64,000 nt of DNA, from the NCBI GenBank assembly GCA_038087875.1, contig CM075989.1, positions 17,610,001 through 17,674,000 of the forward strand. The letters are read 5' to 3'. Shown here piece by piece: positions 1-59,553 of the stretch. Numbering within the stretch: position 1 is the first letter of the stretch; every line of letters starts with the position of its first letter. A model generated the notes under the pieces. That model did no database searches. It was not told the origin of the DNA and saw only the letters and a program-made list of their open reading frames with translations. Both the position numbers and the translations under genes were made by a program. Source of the stretch: Malacoraja senta (lineage: Eukaryota).

Positions 1-482
1 CGCCAGCAGGATTATTGGTGCTCCACTCCCTTTCCTGCTGGACATATACAGGAAGAGATGTATCAGCAGAGCCATCTCCATCATCAAAGACCCCTACCAC
101 CCATCGCATCACATATTCTCCATCCTGCCATCTGGGAAGAGGTACCGGAGCATTAGGTGCAAAACCAGCAGGATGCTCCTCAGCTTCTTCCTGCAGGTTA
201 TAAGACTGATAAACGGACTTTGCCCCCTGCCAAAGTATCGTACACCAACCACCAACCTGGACACACTGCAGCAGAGCCACTGTCGTGCCGCTGCCGATCG
301 GAACGCCTGTTGATGTTTAGTAGAGAGTAGAGTGTTAATTTGTTCATGATATATGTATTTTTACTTCTATTTATTTTTTACTGCACATTGAAATGGACAC
401 TGGTTGAGCAACGTTTTTTTGTTTCCTCTGGGTATGTGAATACTCAGGAAATGACAATAAAGATATACAATACAATACAATA
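1..482 (+). mobile_element. Rex1/Babar-type LINE 3' end
   Basis: Encodes IIKDPYHPSHHIFSILPSGKRYRSIRCKTSR..SFF, the C-terminal motif of this clade; ends in (TACAA)n tail. Confidence 0.75.
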
Positions 483-879
483 GAAGCTCTGGAGGCAGAT
501 GTGAGGGTCCCACTTATATCCGCAGCAGTTCGTAACTTTCTACCTACAATGTAACAGCAAGTGGCTGAACCAAGTATCAATAGGGGAAATAAATTGTGTA
601 TAATAGGGCAATCATCTGAAGAGACAAATTCCACGTTCTGAGTGTCCAAAGGACGTGCTTAAAGCATCACTCAAGTTTTCCTCTCTATACAGCTTTCTGA
701 AAGCAACCATTCACGTGTCATTTGTCACCTGAACAAGTACTTTTAAGAAAACTCTGGAACAAGTTACCTTGCACTAAATAGAAACAGCATAAACAAGAAA
801 CGCTCATTTAGGGTCAAGGCAGATTTTCATGGATTTCTGGCAGCTCGTTGATCTAATCATGTTATCAGTTTTTTATCCG

Positions 880-1455
880 CAGACACAAGAACTGCAGACG
901 CTGAAATCTTGAAGAAAATGCAAAGTACCGGAGGCAACATCCGAGTAAGTAACCAGTTTGCAGAAAACATATTTGGACCACCGAAGCCTGCTGGATCACT
1001 TGATTGCTAATAATTTTTACTCCTCTTCCCATTTCCATACTGTCCTGGGCCTCCTCCATTGCTAGAGTGAGGCCACACGCAAACTGGAGGAACACCTCTG
1101 TTAGAGTACTTCATAACCCAACGGCATGAAAATCAAATCAACCAATTTCAAGTAATACCTTCCTCTCACCCCTTTCCTGTGCTCTCCCCACCCCGATTTG
1201 CATTCATTTCTCCCTCTCTCACCCCCTTCAGTCACCCTGCTCCTTTCCCCTCCTTTGTACGCCATCCTCAAGTCTCTCAATTCCTTTTTATTCCCCCCTT
1301 CCCTCGTCTCCTTCCATCTACATCCCTCCCCCTGGCTTTATATTTCACTCGTTTTCTTTATGACACCCTTTTGTCACCATTTCACCTCTAGCCTCTGTCA
1401 CTTACTCCACCCTCCTCACCTGTACCCACCTATCACTTGTCAGGCTTTGCCCCGC
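880..1455 (+). mobile_element. Degenerate Penelope-like element 3' fragment
   Basis: Similar to the GIY-YIG tail and pyrimidine-rich 3' region of the PLE at 40479-41160. Confidence 0.55.
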
Positions 1456-2002
1456 TCCCACCTCTCTTTTAAAGATTTCTTTACCTTTATCCATGAAATC
1501 TATTCAACGTTCAATGGCACTTTATTATCACATGTATCTAGGTACAGTGAAATTCCTTTCTATTCTATTCATTCATTCATTCATTCATATTCTATTCATC
1601 GTCAACCTTCCCACCGGGTAGACACTTGATTCTGTAACCCTGTATTAACTCCTCTTTATTCTATCGTAATGACAGTCCCATCTTTTCTCGCCTCTCAGTC
1701 ACTGATCTCTGGTGCTACTCTGGTTAATTCTGCATCATAAGGACTTAATATCCTTCCTTACACTATCACTTGAAGGCACTGTTAACACCCAATGTTAGTC
1801 TTCCCAATTTGTTACGTTAGATCTTTGGGTGCAACATGGCCTTGGATAATTTTTGATGAGTCCACTATGGGTGAAATTATTAATGACACCTTAATGAATA
1901 TTAACTATTGATGAAGCCTATGAGAATCTGTCTCAAAAAGGCAGCCCGCATTACCAAGGACCCACACCAACCTGACCAAGCTTTAATTTCACTCCTGGAA
2001 GG

Positions 2003-2470
2003 AGATAGAGTACAGAGAAGATTTACTAGGGTGCTGCCAGGAATCAAGGGACTTGAACAATAGGGAGAGATTGAGCAGACCAGGACTTTATATCTTGGAT
2101 CGCAGGAGTCTGAGGGTGATCTTATAGAGTTGTATAAAATTATGAGAGGAATAGATAGGGTAAATATTTCACCCATACTAAGGGAATCAGAACAAGAGGA
2201 CATAGTTTTAAGATGATGGAGGAAAGAGTTAATAGAAACCTGAGGGGCAACTTTTGGATGATGGGTATATGGAATGAGTTGCCAGAAGAGGTAGTTGAGG
2301 CAGGGAGTGTAACAATATTTAAAACACATATGGATAGATACATGGATAGGAAAATGTTTAGAGGGACATGGGCCAAATGTGGGCAGTTGGGACCAGCATA
2401 GATGGGGCATCTTGATCGGCATGGACGGGTTAGGCCGAGGGGCCTGTTTCCGTGTTGTATGACTATGATT
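2003..2470 (+). mobile_element. CR1 LINE 3' fragment
   Basis: RVQRRFTRVLPG / WNELPEEVVEAG..FKTHMDRYM ORF2 C-terminus and 3' UTR. Confidence 0.8.
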
Positions 2471-2850
2471 ACAAGGATCCCCACCATCCAGGCCATGCGG
2501 TCTTTTCACTGCAACCATCGAACAGGAGGTACAGAAGCTTAAAGTCCCACACCATCAGGAACAGCTACTTGCTTATAACTATCAGGTTCTTGAACCAATT
2601 TGCACAACTCAAATCCTACCTTGTCGACAGAACACTATCGCCCACCTTTTTTTTAGATCACTAAGTACTTGTTTTTTCTTCTAATTATGATTTTGCACTA
2701 ATTACATTTTTGTTGCAGTCTTCTTTTAGAATTTTGTGTGTATCATTTGATTTTGTGTGGTTTAATCTGCGTCTATGTGAATACAATACAGCTGCAAGCA
2801 ATATTTTCATAGCACCTGTACCACACCGTACTTGTAAATCTGACAAACTC
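2470..2850 (+). mobile_element. Rex1/Babar-type LINE 3' end
   Basis: KDPHHPGHAVFSLQPSNRRYRSLKSHT motif, then ...TGACAAACTCAACT tail. Confidence 0.6.
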
Positions 2851-3108
2851 AACTTTACGATATATGCAGGCACTGTTTTTCTCAAAAAGAAACAATGGTA
2901 GCAAAAGATGTAATTGATCTGTGAGCTGTAACTGTGGTAAGCTGTAAGCAAATCTAAAGCCAAATACTCCTGCAAAGTTGGCTCTGGCTGTGGCTATAAA
3001 AATCACAACACAAGCAAATTTTAGACAGCACAGTAATTACCGTATGGCACTGGCAATATCACAAACACAAGTCCATTGGGAGCGCGCTGAAGTATCTCAG
3101 TTGTATTA

Positions 3109-3114
3109 TTTATT
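3109..3114 (-). promoter_or_regulatory. Candidate polyadenylation signal (AATAAA on minus strand) for IGDCC4, giving a ~2 kb 3' UTR
   Basis: TTTATT on plus strand downstream of the stop in repeat-poor sequence; not unique, so tentative. Confidence 0.3.
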
Positions 3115-4429
3115 GGAAATGTTCAGTTAATAACCATCATCTATAAGGGAACGTGCAATTGTACAGTGGCAAACTCCATGAAAAATGTGGTGTCACAGAT
3201 TGCTCCATCTGACTTCACAAGACCTTTTGCAAAATGGAATATCTTGTAAGAATTCAACAATAAGTGATCAGGTTATTTGCGAACATGAACACCATTATGC
3301 AGGTCAATATAGTTGCTGTTATCAATATTCAATGCAGAGAGTCTAGTCTGTCAATCCTGGATAATCAATACACCTCTTGTTCCAAGCCTCATAATATCTC
3401 TGTACTTTTCAAAACAGATCCTGAACAGAGATAAATTAAGATGTTGTCCACAAGAGAGTAAATCATCAAGTACATTAGACTGCTGATGGTTTTTAAATAG
3501 GCAGTTTTGCAAGATGACAAATTACTGGCAATTTCAAGACAAGAGGGAGATGATTGACCTAGAAGTGACATGTGCCATAATCTATCCTGAAATAATAATG
3601 GATATTAAGCTGTGTAGATAGATTTTAATTAAATTAGATATTCTACAATGCTGCTCTATTGAGTCAAAATATACTGCTCTATTATAGAACAGTGCAATAA
3701 ATGGAAAGGTGTGCTTTACACAAGAAACTTGCTCTATATATGACAGATGTTCAATAGAGAATATGTACACAGTAAAACTGTTAGTTATGTACAGCATTCC
3801 TAAAATTGCGAAACAGTAGTTGATGCACTTTAACAAGTCATAAATGTGCATTATTTTACCAGTCTTCAATCTCAAACTTGTAAACACAAATGAAGGCTTT
3901 GCAATTTTTTTGTAATAAAATATAAATTTGAAGCGGTGATAAAGTGTTTTCAATTGCACATAAGATGTGGCATTGGGTCTTGATAAGGCTTAATCTTCAT
4001 TTTAATAAGGGATGGTGGTGGGTTCAAAGTAAGGATTGAGTTTCAAATTGAAATTGCCATCGTTCACAGACATTGAGTTTCCTACAAATAATTATTTTCC
4101 ATTACAAGTTACAGATCAGCATCGTGAATTCCTTCATTGGTTTCTCCTCATCATCCACCTCGCCGTGGTGTAAACCCATTTCAATGTCTACTTGTATTTT
4201 CCAACAAACCTATGGAAGATGAGGAGCAACCCAGAAGAAATTGCTCTTTCACACGTCACAGATTCAGAAGTTACAAACACACCTTCAAGCCAAATCACTG
4301 ATCTGACAGAATGATAATGTACAAACATAACTTGCAATTTGGCACACTTTCCATAAGAAAAAGTTATTTCCCATTCGTGATGAACACATCTAAAACCTCT
4401 CTCAAAGTTACCCGACAACAATTGAACTT

Positions 4430-4606
4430 TTTTTCGCCTTCCATCACAGTGAGGAATGTGGAGGAGTCACTGTGATGGATGTTTTTGTTTAAATGTGTTT
4501 TGCGTGTTCCGTTGCTTTTTATTTGTATGACTGACTTGGCAAATTAAATTCCTCGTATGTTGCAAAACATACTTGGCTAATAAAGTATTATTGTGATTGT
4601 GATCTG
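4430..4606 (+). mobile_element. 5'-truncated retroposon tail in the IGDCC4 3' UTR (same family as 23141-23842)
   Basis: Near-identical reverse complement of 23141-23312; possible 9-bp TSD ATTGA(A/T)CTT at 4421-4429 and 4607-4615. Confidence 0.7.
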
Positions 4607-5125
4607 ATTGATCTTGCGTGTGACAGATGCAGTGGGGTATGGTTGAAAAGGTGCATGTGCATATGTTTCTTAAAGTTAATTTCATTACAGCATTTCATCA
4701 GCACAGTTGCTTAAGTAATTTCCAGTTGGAACAAAACCTGTGCAAAGAAAATGAAAATAAAACATCTATAGAAACAAGCTACAAAACTAATGGAGTACAA
4801 TACCACTCAATATTTTAAACAGACTTGAGGTAGTTCTGTTGTATTGAAGGAAGGTGGAAGTATTATAAATGCTACACTAAAACATACAATTTTACTTTAT
4901 CATATTAAATAAGCAAAATTCCTCTCAGAAAATAAAATTAGATCATTCCATCACAGAGGAGCATGTATCTAAAATACAAGTACAGGAACCTGGTAAGTGA
5001 TCCCAGGTTCTTTCATGACCCAGTGCTGTGCAAGGATCCTTGGTGGATGTGGTAATAGACACTCGCAGAGTGTGTAATTTCAGGATTCACCCCAGTATTT
5101 GGCAATGTTGGGAGTGTGTTAATGA

Positions 5126-51936
<46,811 letters not shown>

Positions 51937-52301
51937 CTGAAAAACAAAACCAATGTTGCTTTAATATACAAGATCCTAATGAATTAATTTTATACTGCAC
52001 CACAGCATTGAATGCATTTTATATTTAAATAACCAAAATATTTAGGAGATTTTGCAAGTGATCTTAAGTTAGTATAATTTAAATCCACTCTTATTTCTGC
52101 CCAATTGGTCAGTTAAAAAAATAACATCCCTAAATGTGATCAAAAAACTGTAATCTCAAATGAACAAATGTACTTAAATTAACAATGTCACAGGTTTTAC
52201 TGCAATAACAATAATATTCAATAATTATTTTGTTGCTAATAAATTTCACTAAGTACAGATAAAAAGAAGAAATGTTGGCTGGCCAAATAGCTAGTCCAAA
52301 T

Positions 52302-55300
52302 AAAATAGTAAGATTAAACGAGAACTTACCTAAGTTTGAAGTTCGATCTTTATTTTATGAGGAGTTACGTAGGTGATTACGTGAAGAACCCCGCCAGTGC
52401 GCCTGCGCGTCAATCTTCAAAGCAGCGGTGTGAAATCACAAAAAACAACAACCGAAGTAATAGAGTCTCATAATAAAACGAGTAATACAAGAACTTCCAT
52501 CTGACCTTTATGATAGAGGGTAGGGTCGTGGCGGGCACGTAATCACCTACGTAACTCCTCATAAAATAAAGATCAAACTTCAAACTTAGGTAAGTTCTTG
52601 TTTAATCTTACTATTTTACTTCGGAGTCACGTGAGTGACTACGTGAAGATTTTAAAGCTTTGTGATTTCATGCCGTGGATCAATCCCGGCTTCTCACTGC
52701 ATTGATCGACTCGGAACGAGAAATAATCAATCATGCATTCATAATAACATTTGTACCACAAATGCAGTAATTCATTTCAATAATGAAATTAATCAGATCC
52801 CCTTTAAACCAGAGGAATTTACACAGAACGTAAAATAGTTTCTGCAAACAATCCCGCATTAACAATAGGCCGATGGTAAAAATGTTGAAACATCAACACA
52901 TTGGACCTCCTAAAAGCTCCAAATAGGTAATTCCCCATGTCTGCAGTAACAATAACTCTTCCTGATTCCATCTGCCTCCGCAGCTAGATGTTAAGTCAGT
53001 TGCACCCCATCCTAGTGCACTGGCATCAGTTTGTAATATAATGGAAGGTTGTTCAATCAGCACTTTGCCTGAACTGCTTGAGACATGTAGAATCCACCAC
53101 TGCAGATTAGAAACAGCATTTGTTGTTACTTGCATGGTTCTATCAAAATGAGCAGCATTTATTCTCAGTGCCTGTTCTTCTCTGCAGCTGTTGATAATGT
53201 AATGGTCCATACTGGACTGCTGGGAATCTACTAATTTTCCCAGTACTCGAGCCACCTGTCTGATTAGAGGTTTTTTCTCATTTAACAGATTACTGCAATC
53301 TTTAATCAACCACCCTTTTTTCACTGGGCAAAGTAATTTGCATTTGGGCTGAATCAATTGTGAACCCCAAATAATCAATTGAGGTACATGTTTTTAACCT
53401 TGATTTCTTTGGATGAATTTAGAAACCCCCAAACTTTCAAAAGTTTGATTTCATAACTGCAACTGATGCTTCTGTTGACTGTTTTGTCCTTCCTATAATC
53501 AGGACATCATCCAGGTATGCCATTAGTACATGCACCTGGCTCTCAGCAACCCCAGAATTGATTTTAACAATTTTATGAATATCCTGGGAGCGAACGTTAA
53601 CCCATTAGGCAGAGCTTTGAACTGCCCTAATTGGTTCATCCATTTAAATTTTAAGATACTTCATATCTTGCAAGTGAACAGACACTGAACAAAAGGATTC
53701 AGACTTGTCAAGTCTATAATCATCCTACATCCTCCATCCTTTTTTGATCGAGGGAATATATTTGACCCAAATTGGTGAATTTGGTAGACTGATTCTTCAA
53801 AAACACCTTTTATATGTAGGGTTTTGAAGCGCAGCTTGAACCTCCATTCCTTCGCAAAGTGGAGAGTTCTGCTAGGAACACGCTGGACAGGCAAATCATA
53901 ATTTGGATTGAATTCAATTCGAAATCCTTGTATATTATTCAGAATTACCACATCTGAAGTAATCTTCTTCCAATGTTTATAGAAGAGATGTAATCTGCCT
54001 CCAACTTTTGGACTTAATCCAGTTAGTATGTTCCCATGAGAACCAGGTCCACCTACCTCTTGAGTCATTTGAGTATTCTGAGATCCCTGGATTCTCCCGG
54101 AAGCACCACCACTCCCGCTGCAGGCCGCCAGCTACGTCCCTGCGTTGATGAGCGACTTGGTCCTGGTCTAGGATCCGTATGACGTCTGAAAGGATACTTC
54201 CTCTTTACAGACTTTGTAACCATTGATGTTTTTATCAATCCTGTTTTCGCTTCATCTTCCAACTCTTTAATACGTCTCCCGAGATCCTCTCCAAAGAGTA
54301 AGTTGGGTAATTGTATATTACTTGGTTTGCAGAGTGCTGTGAATTTCGGATTCATAGTAGGCCGTATAGCACCTTCCTCAGATAATTGATCTCGAAGTGG
54401 GTGCTGCATAGCAACCCCAGTGCTTCCTGATGCAACTTCGTCATCTCTTGGCTGTTATCTGCTATTCTGGTAAAAGCAGTTTTTCCAGAACCCAGCAGCT
54501 TTAATATTCTCTGCAACTGATTCCAGATAATTTGGTTCACTGCTTCTGCTTTCAGCAACCCACAGTTACTTGGGGTCTCCTGCTTTCTTGCAGTCTCATC
54601 CGTCTCCTGCTGTTCCAGCTGATGGTAAACCAAGTAATTTATTAAGGAGGCCAGTTCTTCTCCTAATGGCTCTCCTGACCCTGACGGGGCAGCGAATCCT
54701 ACTGCCAGGGGTGGAACATCTGGCAGCTGCCGTTCATCGCCTTGTACAGCCTCACCGTCAGAGTCGGGGTCTGAAATCTCATGACCCATAGCACGCTCCT
54801 CATCCCTGAGGGTGCATTCCATCAGCCCTGAGCCAGGTGCTGTTAAGCTGCTTCCAGCAACTTGGATTTCAGTACACTCCTTCCTGAGTGAACTTTGCTC
54901 CAACAGCCTATGTAAAAGGCTTTCTATTTGGGCAATACGCTCAAAAGCAGTATCTAGCCCTGTACCAGGAGCTGTTTGAGCTGCTTCCAGCAGCTTGGCT
55001 TTCAGTACACTCCTCCCTGAGTGAACTTTGCTCCAACAGCCTATGTAAAAGGCTTTCTATTTGGGCAATACGCTCGAAAGCAGTATCCAGCCCTGGAGCT
55101 AATTCCATTGCCTGGGACTCCCTCCGTGGGCCGTTGGGATTTAAACTCCGTCTTTTGCCCGACAGGCGCTGACTGTGTTTTCACCAGCCACAGGTCCACA
55201 GTCGCTATGCTCACCGCTGGCGACTGTACCGGGGTTTAGAGGCGGTTGGTCTCTAACCGCGGACTCCCGACCTTCCCGACTTTCTGTCGGCTGTGTCGCT

Positions 55301-55541
55301 TCGCCTCTTCCCCCTGTCCGTTTTTTCCCATGGCGTCTGTGGAAAAAATCCCCATAGACCCACAGTAAACGGACCTGGAAAACATGAAAAAAGTTTTTAC
55401 TTACCTTGTAGTTGAAAAACTACAAACCACTGGAGGAGCTCTGCTCCTCACGTCCGTTTGCGTCAAGGCGTCTGACGTAATGACGCGCAGGCGCACTGGC
55501 GGGGTTCTTCACGTAGTCACTCACGTGACTCCAAAGTAAAA
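52302..55541 (-). mobile_element. DIRS1-like tyrosine-recombinase retrotransposon, internally deleted, termini intact
   Basis: Gag-like ORF (~54065-55330); RT VGGRL..W..ITSD, KKDGGCRMIIDL and AYLDD (~53505-53520); RNase H TDAS.LGWGA..GGRW..YLEL; YR C-terminus FQHFYHRPI (~52865-52890); 35-bp perfect ITR 52378-52412 / 55481-55515; ICR at 52536-52649; ends overlap at TTTT. Confidence 0.92.
54833..55095. repeat. Tandem duplication, period 133 bp, inside the DIRS gag region
   Basis: AGCTGCTTCCAGCA at 54846 and 54979; the ORF track shows identical peptide starts at 54888 and 55021. Confidence 0.9.
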
Positions 55542-55735
55542 CATATGATCAAGGTGTCTTGTAATAATGGAGACATTCTTTGTGTAAATACTTGACCAAA
55601 ATGTAAACAGAATATTCATTGCTGTCTGCTTCTTAAAGTCAAAGAAAAACACAAATACTTATTTCTACTCTTGTGATATCACCACAATATCCCACTTGTT
55701 TCAGTAATCAAGAATCAAATAAGTGTGCATTACTA

Positions 55736-55920
55736 GAGCAACTCAGCGGGTCAGGCAGCATCTCTGCAAAACATGGAAAGGTGATGTATCAGGATGTGAA
55801 GGCGGGTGCAGGTCCGAAAGGCCACCTATCCATGTTCTCCAGAGATGCTGCCTGACCTGCTGAGTTACTCCAGTACTTTGTGTCTCCTTTGTAAACAAGC
55901 CTCTGCAGTTCCTTGTGTCT
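55736..55920. mobile_element. PLE-derived fold-back mini-element
   Basis: Inverted arms AACTCAGCGGGTCAGGCAGCATCTCTG / CAGAGATGCTGCCTGACCTGCTGAGTT; TSD 13/15 at 55721-55735 and 55921-55935. Confidence 0.72.
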
Positions 55921-56356
55921 AAATGTGCATCACTAACCTATCAGTTGCATCAAATTGTTCATGTCTAATGGAAAGCTGTTTAAGAAATATACTGATAGCT
56001 TTCCAAAACTTTACTTCACAAAGTTCAACGTTCAAATTCTTGCTTTCTCTTCACTGGAAATGCTGCAAATCCCCGGTATCTACTGTAGTTATTGCATAAA
56101 CAATTTAAGAATACAAAAGCTACAATGAATTTGATTTTTACAACTACAGTTACTGAGTCCAGCCGCTGAAATTGGAGCTTGATAGACCTTAAACCTGAGG
56201 GACTGAATTCCATTCGGATTCCATCAGTACACAAGTAGTTAGGACTAGTTTGAAACATTAATAAAACTTAAGATAATCAAGCTGGGTTTTTTTCAAAAGA
56301 GGCCCACAAAACAGTCATATCATTTTCTCGCAATTTAGAAACCATGTAAAAATTAT

Positions 56357-56587
56357 AAGGTAGACAAAAATGCTGGAGAAACTCAGCGGGTGAGGTAGCA
56401 TCTATGGAGCGAAGGAAATAGGCAACGTTTCGGGTCGAGACCCTTCTTCAGAAGAAAGGTCGGAAGAAGGGTCTCGACCAGAAACGTTGCCTATTTCCTT
56501 CGCTCCATAGATGCTGCCTCACCCGCTGAGTTTCTCCAGCATTTTTGTCTACCTTCGATTTTCCAGCATCTGCAGTTCCTTCTTAAA
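56357..56587. mobile_element. PLE-derived fold-back mini-element
   Basis: ~90-bp near-perfect inverted arms; TSD CATGTAAAAA(T/C)TAT at 56343-56356 and 56588-56601; hammerhead-like core on minus strand at 56424-56451. Confidence 0.85.
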
Positions 56588-56721
56588 CATGTAAAAACTA
56601 TGGTATTTTTTGTATAATCTCATTTAAAGTATGTGCCTACCAACCTTAGATTAGTGCAATGTACCCGTGTGTCTAACAATATTAATGCCATTAAATAAGC
56701 ATCCAGGTAAATGATGTCCCA

Positions 56722-56854
56722 TGTGTACGAAAGAACTGCAGATGCTGGTTTAAACCGAAGATAGACACAGATTGCTGGAGTAACTCATCGGGGCAGGCAG
56801 CATCCCTGGAGAGAAGGAATGGGTGACATTTCGGGTCGAGACCCTTCTTCAGAC
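56722..56854 (-). mobile_element. PLE pLTR mini-copy
   Basis: TSD TAAAT(G/T)ATGTCCCA at 56708-56721 and 56855-56868. Confidence 0.78.
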
Positions 56855-57396
56855 TAAATTATGTCCCAATAATAAAACCACCAAATAATATAGGAACTGT
56901 ATCTTGTCTCTGAAAATCTTGAAGTATCAGTTTTTCTGGAAAGAAATAATAGGTGCCATTTTGGGTTGGAAACATTCCTTGGACTGAAGGGTTCCGACAC
57001 AAAACGTCACCTATTCTTTCTTTTCCAGAAATGCTGCCTGACCCGCTGAGTTATTCCAGCATTTTGTGTCTATCTTTGGTATAAACCAACATTTGCAGTT
57101 TCAGGAAAAGTTGGTTTAGATTCTTTTTTGGGAACCATCTGATAGGACAATCAAGGTGGCAATACCGTTGAATTACAAACAGTCCCTAACCCAGTTTGCC
57201 TCAAGTGTTCATGCCTGATCAATAATTACTGTCTGAAAAGCACCACAGGGAGCACAGAGGAGTCTTCATTGTTGGGGAAAGAGACATGTCAATACATGAC
57301 TGAGAAGTATCAGGGCTGGTGAAAAGGTGTGTTTCAGTAATGTCGATCACATCCAAATTGAACTCCCACACTTACTGAGAAATAAATAAACCAAAT

Positions 57397-59235
57397 AAAC
57401 ATAGAAACATAGAAAATAGGAGCAGGAGTAGGCCATTCGTCCCTTCGAGCCTGCACCGCCATTCAATATGATCATGGCTGATCATCCAACTCAGTATCCT
57501 GTACCTGCCTTCTCTCCATACCCCCTGATACCTTTAGCCACAATGGCCACATCTAACTCCCTCTTAAATATAGCAATGAACTGGCCTCAACTACATTCTG
57601 TGGCAGAGAATTCCAGAGATTCACCACTCTCTGTGTGAAAAATGTTTTTCTCATCTCGGTCCTAAAAGATTTCCCCCTTATCCTTAAACTGTGACCCCTT
57701 GTTCTGGACTTTCCCAACATCGGGAACAATCTTCCTGCATCTAGCCTGTCCAACCCCTTAAGAATTTTGTAAGTTTCTATAAGAACCCCCCTCAATCTTC
57801 TAAATTCTAGCGAGTACAAGCCAAGTCTATCCAGTCTTTCTTCATATGAAAGTCCTGACATCCCAGGAATCAGTCTGGTGAACCTTCTCTGTACTCCCTC
57901 TATGGCAAGAATGTATTTCCTCAGATTAGGAAATACTGTACGCAGTACTCCAGGTGTGGTCTCACCAAGACCCTGTACAACTGCAGTAGAACCTCCCTGC
58001 TCCTATACTCAAATCCTTTTGCTATGAATGCTAACATACCATTCGCATTCTTCACTGCCTGCTGCACCAGCATGCCTACTTTCAATGACTGGTGTACCAT
58101 GACACCCAGGTCTCGTTGCATCTCCCCTTTTCCTAATCGGCCACCATTCAGATAATAGTCTACTTTCCTGTTTTTGCCACCAAAGTCGATAACCGCACAT
58201 TTATCCACATTATATTGCATCTGCCATGCATTTGCCCACTAACCCAGCCTATCCAAGTCACCCTTGCAGCCTCCTAGCATCCTCCTCACAGCTAATACTG
58301 CCCCCCAGCTTCGTGTCATCCGCAAACTTGGAGATGTTGCATTCAATTCCCTCGTCCAAATCATTAATATATATCGTAAATAGCTGGGGTCCCAGCACTG
58401 AGCCTTGCGGTACCCCACTAGTCACTGCCTGCCATTGTGAAAAGGACCCGTTTACTCCTACTCTTTGCTTCCTGTCTGCCAGCCAGTTCTCTATCCACAT
58501 CAATACTGAACCCCCAATACCGTGTGCTTTAGGTTTGTATACTAATCTCTTATGTGGGACTTTGTCGAAAGCCTTCTGAAAGTCCAGATATAACACATCC
58601 ACTGGTTCTCCCTTATCCACTCTACTAGTTACATCCTCGAAAAATTCTATAAGATTCGTCAGACATGATTTACCTTTCATAAATCCATGCTGACTTTGTC
58701 AAATGATTTCACCACTTTCCAAATGTGCTGCTATCCCATCTTTAATAACTGATTCTAGCAGTTTCCCCACTACCGACGTTAGACTAACTGGTCTGTAATT
58801 CCCTGTTTTCTCTCTCCCTCCCTTTTTAAAAAGTGGGGTTACATTAGCTACCCTCCAATCCTCAGGAACTACTCCAGAATCTAAAGAGTTTTGAAAAATT
58901 ATCACTAATGCATCCACTATTTCTGGGGCTACTTCCTTAAGTACTCTGAGATGCAGCCTATCTGGCCCTGGGGATTTATCGGCCTTTAATCCATTCAATT
59001 TACCTAACACCACTTCCCGGCTAACCTGGATTTCACTCAGTTCCTCCATCTCATTTGACCCCCGGTCCCCTGCTATTTCCGGCAGATTATTTATGTCTTC
59101 CTTAGTGAAGACAGAACCAAAGTAGTTATTCAATTGGTCTGCTATGTCCTTGTTCCCCATGATCAATTCACCTGTTTCTGACTGCAAGGGACCTACATTT
59201 ATTTTAACTAATCTTTTTCTCTTCACATAACTATA
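57397..59235 (-). mobile_element. CR1 LINE, 5'-truncated, frameshifted RT
   Basis: [41 protein letters not shown]; (AAACATAG)2 tail. Confidence 0.95.
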
Positions 59236-59356
59236 AAGGAGCATATATTCAGTGCTAACAAATTTGCTGATATTGAAAATATGGAAAAAGTGCGAACTCT
59301 GTCTTGCAATTGCTGCTAGCCCAATAATGTATGATAACAACATGTGTACAAATGTT

Positions 59357-59553
59357 TAGGGAGGAACTGCAGATACCGGTTTAAACCGAAGACAGACACA
59401 AAAAGCTGGAGTACCTCTGCGGATTAGGCAACATCTATGGGGAAAAGAAATAGGTGACATTTCGGGTCGAGACCCTTCTTCAGTCACCTAATCCTTTTCT
59501 CCAGAGATGCTGCCTGACCCGCTGAGTTACTCTAGCTTTTTGTGTCTGTCTTC
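59357..59553. mobile_element. PLE-derived fold-back mini-element
   Basis: Inverted arms; TSD 12/14 at 59343-59356 and 59554-59567. Confidence 0.75.

Noticed and set aside
1179..2518. ORFs 1198-1629 (+) and 1901-2518 (-)
   Set aside because: Low-complexity PLE tail and antisense CR1; no domain or splice support.
54833..55095. Repeat units as a possible CRISPR-like array
   Set aside because: Only two 133-bp copies with no spacers, inside a retrotransposon in eukaryotic DNA.
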